Shown here: positions 7,642 to 17,900 of the stretch, one piece after another
Numbering within the stretch: position 1 is the first letter of the stretch
Layout of the letters: each line of letters begins with the position of its first letter
Source of the DNA: a virus
Lineage: Duplodnaviria; Caudoviricetes
DNA length: 64,000 bases
Reading direction: 5' to 3' (one strand)
IMG/VR virus record: IMGVR_UViG_3300049235_000002
Span: 2,934 to 66,933 of that record
The notes under the pieces: model-generated
What the model saw: the letters and a program-made list of their open reading frames with translations, nothing else
What the model was told of the DNA's origin: nothing
Database searches by the model: none
Program-made: the position numbers and the translations under genes

Positions 7642-9792
7642 GTGGCTAATGCAACCATTCGCGACTCCACAGCGACGAACCCCGGCGGCACGGGCTCGAC
7701 GATTACCGTTACCCTGCCAACTCACGCTGCCGGCGACATTATTCTCATTGCTGTTGGGAATACAGGAAATACGCTCTGGACCGGGAATCCCGCTGGTTGG
7801 AATCGCATCCAGCAGCTTCAGGTCGGCACCGCCGCCAACGGTCTACTGGGCACCTACTTCTATCGTCGCGTGCTCTCAGGCGACTCGCTCCCGTTAACTA
7901 ATCCAGCCTTTACGCTTGGCGCCACCGTCAGCCGAATGGCAATTGCTTATGCGCTTGATGGGGCCAGCGAAGAAGGTGTAATGACGCTGCTCGCATGGGC
8001 AGCGCGCGGTCTCACCACTGGCACGGCAAACCCCGTCAGACCACCGTCAACCACTACCAGCAGCCCGGAAATGCTGGCGCTGCATATCTACTTTTCGAAG
8101 GCGGCGACAAATGCCCCTGACCCATCAGGCTATACCCAGGACGAAGAGATCATCATCAGCGGCACACTGGTTGGCAACGCGTCAAGTAAGAACGTCGCAG
8201 ATCAGGGCACTGTGTTAGCAAATCAGGACGCCAGCCCGACATCGGGAGTTAGATGGGTGGCTGGCATCATTGCGATCCCATCGGCTGATTATCCTTACTA
8301 CCGCTCGGCTTCGCAGGCTACCGCTACTGCCACCAGCGTGACTCCGGCCTTGCCGTCGGGAACGACTGATACCGACGTCTTAGGAAACAAGGATGTCCTG
8401 ATTGCCACGGTTGAGGGCGCAGGCTCAACTACGCTTTCAATGACAGATGGTGCTTGGACGGAGATCGCCACATGGGACACGACTACGAGCGGAGGCGGAT
8501 CTACTGTCAGTAAGTTTTGGGCCTATGCCTCAGGGACGCTGAATCGACAGGCGAACAGAACTGGCTCAGCGGAGATCTCTGCCCAAATCTGTACTTTCTA
8601 CAACTGCAAACAAACCAGCCCAATAGGTGCTGTCAATGTTCGACTAAATGCTTCATCAACCACGAGCACATGGGATGCGCTTACTCGCACGGCGACAAAA
8701 TGCATAGTCCAATCAACCTGTATTGCAGATGGCGTCCTGACTTTTACCTCCCCGAGCGGGTGGAACGAGCGCACCGATGGACTAGGAATCTCGACTGGAG
8801 ATCAGGTCTTTAATGCGTCAGGATCTACGGCATCCGCATCGTTCACGTTATCCGCTGGAAGCCCTACTGCCGTCGGCTTAGTTGAGATTATCGGCGCCGC
8901 CAGCGTCATTGAACACGCCCGATCATCCGCCGTAGACGCCGCCGCGGCAATCGCGGCTTCTAGCGCTTTCTTTTCAGTATTCAGCCGCTCTGGAACGGTT
9001 GACGCCAGTGCCTCAATAACAGTCTCTGGCGTTCGTCAGGTGTCCCGAAGTGCGGTGATCGAGGCCACTGGCGACATTACGAGTTCCGGCATCGCGTCAT
9101 CCCCGAGTGAAACCTTCGAGCGTTCTGCCTCAGTTGGCTGTACCTCCGTTGTTGAATCTTCGGCAACGGGGTTTTCTGTATTAAGCGGCTTCGCCTCGAT
9201 TGACTCCACCGCGACCATCGAATCCAGCGGTCAATTCTTTTCAATTCTTAGTTCTTCATTATCCATTGATGCGGCAGGGGAGATTTCCAGCACGGCACTC
9301 TTCTTCTCTGTTTTTGAACGCAGCACAGCAATAGATCTACTCGGAGCGTTGGAGTCCTCTGCTCGGTTTTTTAGTGAGCTATCCGCATCTGTAACAGTGT
9401 TAGTTACGGTGGGGATAGAGACAGCGGCGCTATTCTTTTCCGAGCTTCAGTCTTCCGCCTTGCTGGATGTCTTGGGAGAGATCGTTAGCGTTGGAGAGGT
9501 GGACTCGGGAAGTGCAAGCCATGAGCGCTCCACGTCTCTGACCGTTGCGGCTAGCGTCGAGTCAGCCGGAATTGCTCATTCAATTATTGAGCGAGCTGTC
9601 TCATGGGAAGCGCAAGGCGGAATAACAGTCACACCTCAACGTGCCTTTTCCCGATCGGTAAGTTTGGATGCGGCAGGGTTAATTTCGATTTCTGGCGTGA
9701 TTCCCTCAGTGGAGTTTTACCCAACGCGGTTGGCGAAGGTGGCGAAAGAAGTCCGTAGTCAATCAATCGGGACGGAGTATAGAACTTTCTAA
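7642..9792 (+). CDS. Ser/Thr/Ala-rich fibre protein 1 (two tandem N-terminal beta domains plus ~22-aa repeats)
   Basis: Duplicated ~200-aa domain (TVTLPTHAAGDIILIAV / TPALPSGTT..DVLIATV), then FFS-anchored repeats and a C-terminal R..E.R motif. Confidence 0.65.
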   Translation: MANATIRDSTATNPGGTGSTITVTLPTHAAGDIILIAVGNTGNTLWTGNPAGWNRIQQLQVGTAANGLLGTYFYRRVLSGDSLPLTNPAFTLGATVSRMAIAYALDGASEEGVMTLLAWAARGLTTGTANPVRPPSTTTSSPEMLALHIYFSKAATNAPDPSGYTQDEEIIISGTLVGNASSKNVADQGTVLANQDASPTSGVRWVAGIIAIPSADYPYYRSASQATATATSVTPALPSGTTDTDVLGNKDVLIATVEGAGSTTLSMTDGAWTEIATWDTTTSGGGSTVSKFWAYASGTLNRQANRTGSAEISAQICTFYNCKQTSPIGAVNVRLNASSTTSTWDALTRTATKCIVQSTCIADGVLTFTSPSGWNERTDGLGISTGDQVFNASGSTASASFTLSAGSPTAVGLVEIIGAASVIEHARSSAVDAAAAIAASSAFFSVFSRSGTVDASASITVSGVRQVSRSAVIEATGDITSSGIASSPSETFERSASVGCTSVVESSATGFSVLSGFASIDSTATIESSGQFFSILSSSLSIDAAGEISSTALFFSVFERSTAIDLLGALESSARFFSELSASVTVLVTVGIETAALFFSELQSSALLDVLGEIVSVGEVDSGSASHERSTSLTVAASVESAGIAHSIIERAVSWEAQGGITVTPQRAFSRSVSLDAAGLISISGVIPSVEFYPTRLAKVAKEVRSQSIGTEYRTF

Positions 9793-11406
9793 ATGGCGGT
9801 AACTTATCGTACATCAGTAGCAGGCGGTGCGTCTTCCGGGACGGGTAATCGTACCGCGACTATTACTCCGGCTGTCGGGGATCTGCTAATCGTTTACTGT
9901 TTTGTTGCCGCCAACACGAATGACACGCCTACTTGCTCAGATAGCAACGGTTCTGGAACCTACGATCGCATTGACGTGATGAATGCCTCCATTGCGTCTA
10001 TAAATTACCGCCTCTCGGTCTTCATTCGCACGGCGTTGATGGCAAATACGACCTCAACCGTGATTACCGTGGCGACGGGCTCAAATACGTCCGGCTGCGT
10101 TGTGTCGGTTGCGATTAGTGGTATGTCTCGAGTGGGCGCGGATGCGGTTCGCAGCAAGGGATCGCAGAATAATCAGGCGGCGGGAACCGCTGCGCCGGTC
10201 CTCAACCAAAGCGCATTGACCGGAAACCTTACTATCGTCGCGCATGGCAGCGCGGATACGACCACCACGGAGCCGACCGGCTGGACCGAACGACAAGACA
10301 CAAGCCAGTCGAATGATACAGTTGCGTTAGAAGTCGCTACACGCAATAGTGGATTTACCGGAACCACAATAACCTTTGGAGCAGCTTCGAGCACGGTCTT
10401 TTGCTCGCACGCTTTAGAGCTTGATGGGAGCGCGCTCCTTACCGGATCTGCATTAGTTGACGGCGTGGGCGCGGTGGTATCAGCCGCAACTTTCTTTTCT
10501 GTGTTCAGTCGGACGTCTCTCAATGACGCAGCGGGGCTGATAGCTACGGCGGGACAGAGAAGCTTACTGCGTTCAAGCGCGATCGACGCAGCGTCCATCA
10601 TTAACTCTTCAAGTGTTTTCTTCTCCGTTCTGTCGGGCTCCGCACTGGTAAATACAAGCTCGGATATTAGCGCGACCGGGGAATTGCTCTCTGTAGTTTC
10701 CGGGAGTTCAGCGATAGATGGAACCGTGTCGGTCACGGTCTCGGGCGAGTTCTTTTCAGCCCTTGCGGGATCAGCGTTGCTGGATGCTGGGGTTGAGATT
10801 CAGACAGCGGCAACTTTCTTCTCGATATTTCAGGGAGCGGGGATTGTTAGTGCTGACTCTGCTATTGAGAGCAGCGGAGAGATTCAGCCTCCCACTGGAG
10901 CGCATGAACGCTCAGTCTTGATTGTAGTTAGTGGGGAGATACGATCCAGTGGATTCACGACTCTTGAACGTTTCAGTCAACTCGAAGTCGCAGGCGTAGT
11001 TGCAGCCGCAGCGGAATTTTTCTCAATAGCTCAATCAGCCAGTGACCTCAATGTCACCGGAGAGATTCAGTCATCCAGTCAGCGCGAGATTTTGAGGAGT
11101 AGCGCATTAGACACACTCGGGGACATTAATACTCAGAGCAGCTTTTTCTCTGTGCTTGAGTCATCCGGACTTGTAGCGACGGTAGTCAGCGTTGAATCCA
11201 GTGGTCTAATTGGCATAGCAGGGCACGATAGATCTGTTTCCGTTAACACAACTGGTGTTATACTCACTTCAGGGATCGTAATTCATATTATCCGTTTCGT
11301 GCCGCGCCAATTGGTTGTCATTGGTTCCACGTCCAGATCGTTAGGTATAGGCACTGAAGACAGGACACGCATTACTGAGCCGGAGGCTCAAATGGAAATA
11401 ATCTAG
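9793..11406 (+). CDS. Ser/Thr/Ala-rich fibre protein 2 (paralogue of fibre 1)
   Basis: One N-terminal beta domain (TITPAVGDLLIVY), the same FFS ~22-aa repeats and a similar C-terminus (RSLGIGTEDRT). Confidence 0.65.
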   Translation: MAVTYRTSVAGGASSGTGNRTATITPAVGDLLIVYCFVAANTNDTPTCSDSNGSGTYDRIDVMNASIASINYRLSVFIRTALMANTTSTVITVATGSNTSGCVVSVAISGMSRVGADAVRSKGSQNNQAAGTAAPVLNQSALTGNLTIVAHGSADTTTTEPTGWTERQDTSQSNDTVALEVATRNSGFTGTTITFGAASSTVFCSHALELDGSALLTGSALVDGVGAVVSAATFFSVFSRTSLNDAAGLIATAGQRSLLRSSAIDAASIINSSSVFFSVLSGSALVNTSSDISATGELLSVVSGSSAIDGTVSVTVSGEFFSALAGSALLDAGVEIQTAATFFSIFQGAGIVSADSAIESSGEIQPPTGAHERSVLIVVSGEIRSSGFTTLERFSQLEVAGVVAAAAEFFSIAQSASDLNVTGEIQSSSQREILRSSALDTLGDINTQSSFFSVLESSGLVATVVSVESSGLIGIAGHDRSVSVNTTGVILTSGIVIHIIRFVPRQLVVIGSTSRSLGIGTEDRTRITEPEAQMEII

Positions 11407-11408
11407 CA

Positions 11409-12284
11409 ATGTTTACCAAGGAACCAACTGAAACTTTGGATTTTAGTATAGGCTGGGTTGACTGGCTTGGTTCCCTCACAATCGCCTCATCCGCTTGGAC
11501 TGGCCCAACTGGAATCACGATTGTTGCTGACGAGTTTAGCGCAACCGATACGACCGTTAAACTTGGCGGCGGTACATGGGCAGAGGTTTACGAACTCAGT
11601 AATACAATCATCGCGAGCGATGGTCAGACCGAGACGCGCAGTTTCTATATCCGCATCCAGCGCTCAGTTGCGTACTGCTCCTCAACCGAAGTGAGACGTC
11701 GCGCGCAGGGAGGGGCAGGCGCGGGAGGCTCAGCTACAACTGCGTCGCTGACTCCCGCTGAGTTAGACGCGTTAATTGAGCAGGCATCGCGTATGTTCGA
11801 TCTTGAGTGCGGCGTACCTGAAGGTTACTTCAATCCCGTTGAGATTCCTATTGCTACAACGAAAACAATCTACGGTGACGGGGGTAATTACCTGCAACTT
11901 CCGCCGTACCTACCCGGCACATTGTCAATCTCTGTTCCAGCCGATTACACAACCCCAACCTACGCGGAGCAAAACAGCCATCTCGTGCTGACTACTGAAA
12001 GTGGGCTACTACCACCATTTAACCGCTTTTATAACCTTTCATGGCCGGGCTGGTGGTCGGGAGTGGCTGTTACGGTATCGGCTGTGTGGGGCTGGCGTGA
12101 AACTCCGCAAGATGTTAAAGCGGCAGTGATTGAGTGGGTGCTGAATCTTTGGCGAGAAACCGACCCCGCTGCGGTCAAGTTAGTCGGACTGGAAGGGCAA
12201 CCTCTAAGAGAGCCGATTCCACCCCGTGTCAAGGCTATTGCGCGCAAGTGGCGCGGTAAGGCAGCAGGGCCAGCATTTACATGA
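11409..12284 (+). CDS. Head-tail connector/adaptor with a fused N-terminal ~85-aa Ig-like domain
   Basis: N-term FTKEPTETLDFSIGWVDWL...GG...YELSNTI..SDGQTETRS. C-term LIEQASRMFD...WGW.ETPQDVKAAVIEW..LW...IPPRVKAIARKWR (gp6/gp15-like). Confidence 0.75.
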   Translation: MFTKEPTETLDFSIGWVDWLGSLTIASSAWTGPTGITIVADEFSATDTTVKLGGGTWAEVYELSNTIIASDGQTETRSFYIRIQRSVAYCSSTEVRRRAQGGAGAGGSATTASLTPAELDALIEQASRMFDLECGVPEGYFNPVEIPIATTKTIYGDGGNYLQLPPYLPGTLSISVPADYTTPTYAEQNSHLVLTTESGLLPPFNRFYNLSWPGWWSGVAVTVSAVWGWRETPQDVKAAVIEWVLNLWRETDPAAVKLVGLEGQPLREPIPPRVKAIARKWRGKAAGPAFT

Positions 12285-12763
12285 TTCGTTTTACGGCGAC
12301 AATAGCAGGCGAAGTACAACTTGACCGCTCCTTCAACCGCGTCGAGCAGGAGATCACGGACTTCCGCAACTTCTGGCCGGGAGTGATCACAACGTTCTAT
12401 GAAATTGAGAATGAACAGTTTTTAACGGAAGGCGCAAGCGGCGCATCCGGTAAGTGGACACCGCTGAGTCCGGCTTACAAACTATTCAAGGAGCGCGAGT
12501 TCCCCGGCAAGACGATTCTCAGGCGAGAGGATGCGTTGTATGAGTCAATGACGGGGCCGGACGCGCTGGACTCGGTTCTCAGACCGGAAAAAGAGGAATT
12601 GTTGATCGGCTCAGCCGTGCCTTACGCGCTCTTTCATCAAAAGTCACGACCGATCATCTCGCTTACCGAGGAACAGAAGCGTAGGTTTATGAAAAGCATT
12701 CAGCAACGGTTAGTCGAGTTCACGCGCAGTACGGGATTTCAGGTTGACGAGAGGGCGGCATAG
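12281..12763 (+). CDS. Virion morphogenesis / neck protein (Mu gpG-like)
   Basis: QFLTEG...KWTPLSPAY...TILRRE..L..S...LLIGSAVPYALFHQ...RP pattern. Confidence 0.78.
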   Translation: MIRFTATIAGEVQLDRSFNRVEQEITDFRNFWPGVITTFYEIENEQFLTEGASGASGKWTPLSPAYKLFKEREFPGKTILRREDALYESMTGPDALDSVLRPEKEELLIGSAVPYALFHQKSRPIISLTEEQKRRFMKSIQQRLVEFTRSTGFQVDERAA

Positions 12764-13285
12764 ATGGTAGCGAACCTCAAATACTATGCAGTTCAGGAAG
12801 AGGGCGTAATTGACAACGCCCTTTTCATTATTGAACGTGACTTCAAATCGATTCTGGACGAATTCAATCCTATCGAGGCCGCACTCTCTCCTGATGATCC
12901 GCAGTACATGGAAGACTTTCAGGAGCGAGCACTAGGCCAGATTCAGAAGCTTGTATTTCCCACCTTTGCAATCGGCCCAAACCGCACAGCGGCCACAGAA
13001 GCCGATGCATCGGATCGTCTAAAGCAAGCGATACGGTTCGATATTTATATCGGGGTTACGGCGGATTCCGCGCCCAATGTGACCCGCAAGCTAATGAAAT
13101 ATATGACGGCTCTGGACGCAACACTTCGCAGCGCACCAAAAATTGACTGGAAGCGAAATATGTCTGCTATAATGTTTGGCATTGTTTTGGAAATGGAACA
13201 CGTCTACGGATCTATCCGTGAGCGTGAGTCGGTTTATTATCGAGACGCTTTGTTACAAGTCACTCTTTCGTGTAACGAAAAGTAG
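12764..13285 (+). CDS. Probable tail terminator/completion protein
   Basis: Position between the neck and tube genes; size and beta-rich composition. Confidence 0.55.
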   Translation: MVANLKYYAVQEEGVIDNALFIIERDFKSILDEFNPIEAALSPDDPQYMEDFQERALGQIQKLVFPTFAIGPNRTAATEADASDRLKQAIRFDIYIGVTADSAPNVTRKLMKYMTALDATLRSAPKIDWKRNMSAIMFGIVLEMEHVYGSIRERESVYYRDALLQVTLSCNEK

Positions 13286-13290
13286 TGTAG

Positions 13291-13314
13291 TTGAAAACTA
13301 TCTAGCGGTCTAAG
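13291..13314 (+). promoter_or_regulatory. Putative late-promoter motif, copy 2 (TTGAAAACTATCTAGCGGTCTAAG)
   Basis: Aligns with 2241-2264 and is followed by the same ACCTGCCCGCCC hairpin. Confidence 0.55.
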
Positions 13315-13334
13315 AAACGCACTGACGTTTACCT

Positions 13335-13378
13335 GCCCGCCCTTTCTCTTAACCGAGGAAGTGGCGGGCTTTTCTTTT
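13335..13378 (+). terminator. Hairpin with TTAACC loop plus T-tract upstream of the tail tube gene
   Basis: GCCCGCC-CTTTCTC-TTAACC-GAGGAAG-T-GGCGGGC then TTTTCTTTT. Confidence 0.6.
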
Positions 13379-13396
13379 CACAAAGGAGATCCTCCA

Positions 13397-14023
13397 ATGG
13401 CGGGCACGGCAGACAATTTCAGCACGGTTGACGTAGGGATCGGGCCGGGGAAGTTTTACATCGATCTCGGTGGCGGCACTGACGCATGGGACGGCGCGGC
13501 GGGCGTAAGATTAATCCTCGATGCGGATGGCTCACCTGACTCAACACAGAATCCCAACGCCCGTCACGTTGGCTGGACTGACGCAGGCTGGCAGTTCCTC
13601 GTCAAGCCAACCTTCACCCAGTTCTTTGCCGACGAGTCACCTGATCCAATTATCTCGCGCGTGACGGCGCAGGAAGCGGTGATTTCAGGTTCTCTGTTGC
13701 AAGTCATGGACATGGATCTGGCCGAGGTGCTGAATCCAACGCTCACCCGCAGCGACGTGATGGGCTCTACAGGCGTGACGATCGGCAACGCAGATCCGCA
13801 GTATACCTCCGTGGCACTCATCTGGCCGTTTGAGGACGACCCGACGCGGTTTGGCGTAGTGCATCTCTATAAGGCATTTAACGACGCCGGACTTGCAGGA
13901 AATATCACGAGCAAGGAAATCAGCAAGTCGCCGGTAGCGTTTCGCGGGCTTGCGGTATCGACTCGCGCGGCTGCTGATCGTGTCGGGCGCTTCTTTACTC
14001 AGAACGCGGGGGCGCAGTCGTAA
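13397..14023 (+). CDS. Major tail tube protein
   Basis: IGPGKFY...VGWTDAGWQF...ISGSLLQ...VVHLYKA pattern. ATG 13397 has SD AAGGAG. Confidence 0.8.
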   Translation: MAGTADNFSTVDVGIGPGKFYIDLGGGTDAWDGAAGVRLILDADGSPDSTQNPNARHVGWTDAGWQFLVKPTFTQFFADESPDPIISRVTAQEAVISGSLLQVMDMDLAEVLNPTLTRSDVMGSTGVTIGNADPQYTSVALIWPFEDDPTRFGVVHLYKAFNDAGLAGNITSKEISKSPVAFRGLAVSTRAAADRVGRFFTQNAGAQS

Positions 14024-14490
14024 TGAACAATCAATGGTCTAAGCGGCAGGTGACGACATTCACCTGTGATTCCGGCAATCAGGTTGTCCTGCGCCGTCCA
14101 GGGCCAAGTCTCTCGCTCAAGGCCGGGAGATTTGTCCGCGTGCTGAACAAGGTAGGTGCAAAGGAAAAGGTAACAGCGGACGCACAGCTTGATGCAATTC
14201 AGAAGCTTTCTGACTCAGAGCTTGAAGAGTTGACGGAATTCGCTCGGGTGGTGATCTCGGACGTGATTGTCAGCCCGGTAGTCTCACTCAATCCAAAAGA
14301 AGGCCAGTATCACCCTGACGACCTTCCGGTCCGAGACTTCTGGCAGATTTTCATGTGGTTTGCTCAAGGTAGTCCAACGATGCCCGTGAAGTTGAGGGAA
14401 GGAGAAACGACCGTGGAAGCGGTCAGTAACTTTCCTGAAGGATCGGGATCAAGTGTTGACGTTGATAACGACAGCACAGCTGTGTCTTAG
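14023..14490 (+). CDS. Tail assembly chaperone (G)
   Basis: Lies between the tube and tape-measure genes; PSGN-type VVLRRPG start; acidic tail. Confidence 0.72.
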   Translation: MNNQWSKRQVTTFTCDSGNQVVLRRPGPSLSLKAGRFVRVLNKVGAKEKVTADAQLDAIQKLSDSELEELTEFARVVISDVIVSPVVSLNPKEGQYHPDDLPVRDFWQIFMWFAQGSPTMPVKLREGETTVEAVSNFPEGSGSSVDVDNDSTAVS

Positions 14491-14689
14491 GAGTCCAGCA
14501 GAGGAGTTGGGGATTGAGGACGAGTCGATAGCACAGGCATTCAACATCGAGTGCGGGATCATATGGGACGGGTTTGAGCAGGAGCGTGAGAGTGAAAGGT
14601 TAACTGCGTATCTAGCAGCACTGACGACAGGCTCAATGCCCAAACGAATCAAGATCGAAACCGAGAAGTTTAATGAGCAGAGTTTCTAA
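14432..14689 (+). CDS. Tail chaperone frameshift extension (T part), reached by a putative +1 shift
   Basis: The +1 frame is open from 14396 to TAA 14689 and reads FLKDRDQVLTL...RSPAEELGIEDESIAQAFNIEC, with no good own start/SD. AAC TTT CCT at 14428-14436. Confidence 0.6.
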   Translation, partial: FLKDRDQVLTLITTAQLCLRSPAEELGIEDESIAQAFNIECGIIWDGFEQERESERLTAYLAALTTGSMPKRIKIETEKFNEQSF

Positions 14690-14910
14690 TGGCCCATCGG
14701 CTAATCATTGAGCACCGTGAGTCAGGCTCAGTGCTGATTTGCAACCGCTGTCAGAAACCCTTTCTTGAAATCTCAGACGGCAAAGTCAGGTTTCAAAACA
14801 AGCATGGCAGTCAAATTCACAAGAACGAACTAACGACCGATCACCTGCGAGTGATTGCATTTGAGATGTACCGGCAATCCCGCCCTCCGACTGAGGGCTG
14901 GACATTTTAG
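14689..14910 (+). CDS. Small zinc-ribbon protein (Com-like, CxxC...HxxxxH)
   Basis: LICNRCQKPFLEISDGKVRFQNKHGSQIH. Confidence 0.55.
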   Translation: MAHRLIIEHRESGSVLICNRCQKPFLEISDGKVRFQNKHGSQIHKNELTTDHLRVIAFEMYRQSRPPTEGWTF

Positions 14911-14925
14911 TTAGCGGCTTCCAGC

Positions 14926-14961
14926 AGGCCCGATTCTTAACCGAGTTGGGCCTTTTACTTT
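14926..14961 (+). terminator. Hairpin with TTAACC loop plus T-tract abutting the tape-measure ATG
   Basis: AGGCCCGATTC-TTAACC-GAGTTGGGCCT then TTTACTTT-ATG. Confidence 0.6.
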
Positions 14962-17900
14962 ATGTCAGCTAACGAGACATCGCTGTTACTAAGAATTCGC
15001 GGAGACGCTGCTGGCGGTAAAGCTGCGGTAGCTGAGACTCGCGCCGCGGTGGCCCAACTGCGGCAATCCTTCGGTCCCGAACTCACACAAACCGTTTCAG
15101 GCACGAACAAAGTATTCAGTGAGCTAGGCGACAATCTCAACGTCTTTGTCAGTCAGCGACTTCCTCTAGTTGGCGGGGCCTTCTTGCGTGTCACTGAGAA
15201 TATCGGCGGGTTAGGCAAAGAGACCGCCAAGCAGGAAGCAGCGCTCAAGAAAGTAGCCGATTCAATCACGGGACTTTCCTCTGCTACCAGTAAATCTGTC
15301 CCGCAACTAACCACCTTCCTAACTACCTTCGCGAAGATCGAGGGACAGGCTAACCGTGACGCTGCCGCGGTGAAGTTCTTCGGCGCAGAACTACTGGCAA
15401 ACAACGCGAAGATTATTCCATCTGCCGAGCAGGCCGCATCGGGATTAGCCGCAATGGCAACGTCAGCGGAAGGCGCAGCGGTGGCAGCGGGAGGACTGGC
15501 CCTTCCTATTGGAATTGCGGTGGTGGCGATTACGGCCCTTGCAACCGGGGCAGCACTTGCGGCTCGTGAGATCTTCCAGCTGACAAAAAACGCTGCCGAG
15601 TTTCAGGGCCGCATGTTCGATCTGGCCCAACAGACAGGGCTGGCAGTTGAGACGCTTTCTGCGTTGGAGGTAGCAGCAAAGACGACCGGCGGAAACATCG
15701 ACAACATTGCGCAGTCTGTATTCAATTTCCAACGCAAACTTGACGATGCGCAAGACCCACTCAGCAAGACCGGAGAACTGTTTCGTAAATTCAACGTTGA
15801 CACTTCGGATACGGAGACCGCACTACGGTCAGCCTTCACTGCATTAGCCGCGATGCCGGAAGGCTTTGCGCAAACCAACGCCGCGGCTGAATTGTTCGGC
15901 GCGCGAGGCGGTAAGCAGATTCTTGCCATTCTGAAGGAAACTAACGGCGATCTCGACGGGGCAATCAAACGCTTCCGTGAAATGGGCATACTCATTGAGA
16001 CGGATGCTGCCCGTGCTGCCGACAAGTTCAATGACGAATTAGCGCTGTTGGACTTTCAATTCCGTGCCGCGTCTGCTGTAGCCGCGCAGGAGCTAATCCC
16101 CGCTTTCATCGACGTGATCCGCGTGACTGGTGATCTGGTCCGCGATCTTGGCCCACTGCTCAGGCTTTTCAGTAATCTGGCCGGTCCGGTCGTACGCACT
16201 GTGGGCCAGAGCATGAAGGGACTGGGCCTCATCGTGGCCGCGCTTACCAAGGACTACAAGGCGCTTGCAGGCGCCATCAAGGAATCGAACGATCAGGCAA
16301 CGATATTCAAAGACATCAACCCGCAGGCGATTCCATCGCAAGGCGCTCCGGGGCCAAAGCCGGTAGCGCTTTCCACTACAACACTCTTAGGGACAGCCCA
16401 AGAGGCGGCGCAGACTGCGGACGCGGTAGTCGCAATCGTGAAGCGCTCAGCAGCGGAGCAGAAGCAAATCCTGAACGAACTATTTGAGCAAGGACGCATC
16501 AATCGTCAGCAAGAAGCAGAAAGGGTTATTGCTCAAAACAAGAAAGTGTTGGACGCGGATAAAGCACGCATTCAGGCGCAGTTAGATTTACAGGAACAGC
16601 AGATCAAGATCACTCAAGGCCGTACCGACATTTCCGAGTCAGAGAAGCTGGAGATCGTCCGCAAGTCCGGTGAGGACGTTCAAAAGCTCCAGCAACAACA
16701 ACTCGACGCGGAGTCCTTGTTCACAACTACCTCACGCGAGATCCGAGCGAAAGCGGCCAAAGAGCGCGCCGACTCTCAGCGGAACGAGGAGCGCAGTAAT
16801 CTTGACAACCTACTTCGCGACTTTGATCGACACATCAAGGCTATTGAGACACAACTTGACCGCGAGGAGATAACTGAGAGTCAGGGGCTAACCGTAATTG
16901 AGGAAATTGAGCGGGCCAAGCTTTTAGTCCGGCGTCAATCCCTTGAGGCGCAACAGCGTATTGGGTTTCTCACGATTGAAAACCGAAAGGAATTTGATCG
17001 TCAGATTCAGGCTTTAGATAAAGAGGCGGAAACATTACAGGACGAGCAACTACTGCGACGGTTCAGAAAGGAGCAGGATGCGGTTAATCGCGTCCGTGAT
17101 ATTAAGTCTGCCGAGATTGATACCACACTCGAATTGCTACGTATATCTGGTGAGCGGACCATAGCCGCTATAGAGTCTCAGGTAAGGTTAAGAGTTAAAA
17201 CTGAGGAAGATGCGGCGCGAGAGATCCTGCGCATCAAGCTAGACCTTATTGATCAGGAGATCGGAGCGACGGAGGCGAAGTTAAGAGCGACGACATCAAT
17301 TATCGGTATAGGAGAACGGACCAAAGCCGAAGCGGAGTTAAATAACCAACTTAAGATTCTGCGCGCGCAGCGAAGGTTAATTGAAGACGAAGGTGAACGA
17401 GCAACCGAAGACGGGCGTGATCAGGATATTGAGAACGCTCGCGATTACGCTGAACAGTTAGAACAGATTGAAAATCGAATCGCACGGATTCAGCGCGATA
17501 CGGCCCAAGAGGTTATTGACCTCATGCGGCTCCACTTCGCATCGCGTAAGGCGATCATCAACGCTCAGCTACAAATTGATTTAGCAGACGCGGCGACACG
17601 CCACCAAACGTCACTGGAATTAATTAGAGAGGATCAACGCGCAAACGATACTCAGATCCGAATTCTTACCAGTCGCTTAACAACGTTAAGAGCAGTGGGT
17701 AAAGAAACCAGCGCGGAATATCAGAAGGCCGTAGACGATCTTGCGGCAGCGAATGTTACGAAGGAGCTACTGCACGCGGAAGAAGAAACGGAGCTATTAC
17801 GATCTGAAAAGGAAAAGGAGCGAATCTTAAGAGAAGCGCGACTAGCGGCGAAGGAAGCTGATCCAATTGGCCGAGTCCAATTAAACCTTGATGATTTGAA

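Noticed and set aside
7642-11406. Repeats and paralogy as a diversity-generating retroelement target
   Set aside because: No reverse transcriptase, and no near-identical TR/VR pair differing at adenines; the similarity is only at protein level.
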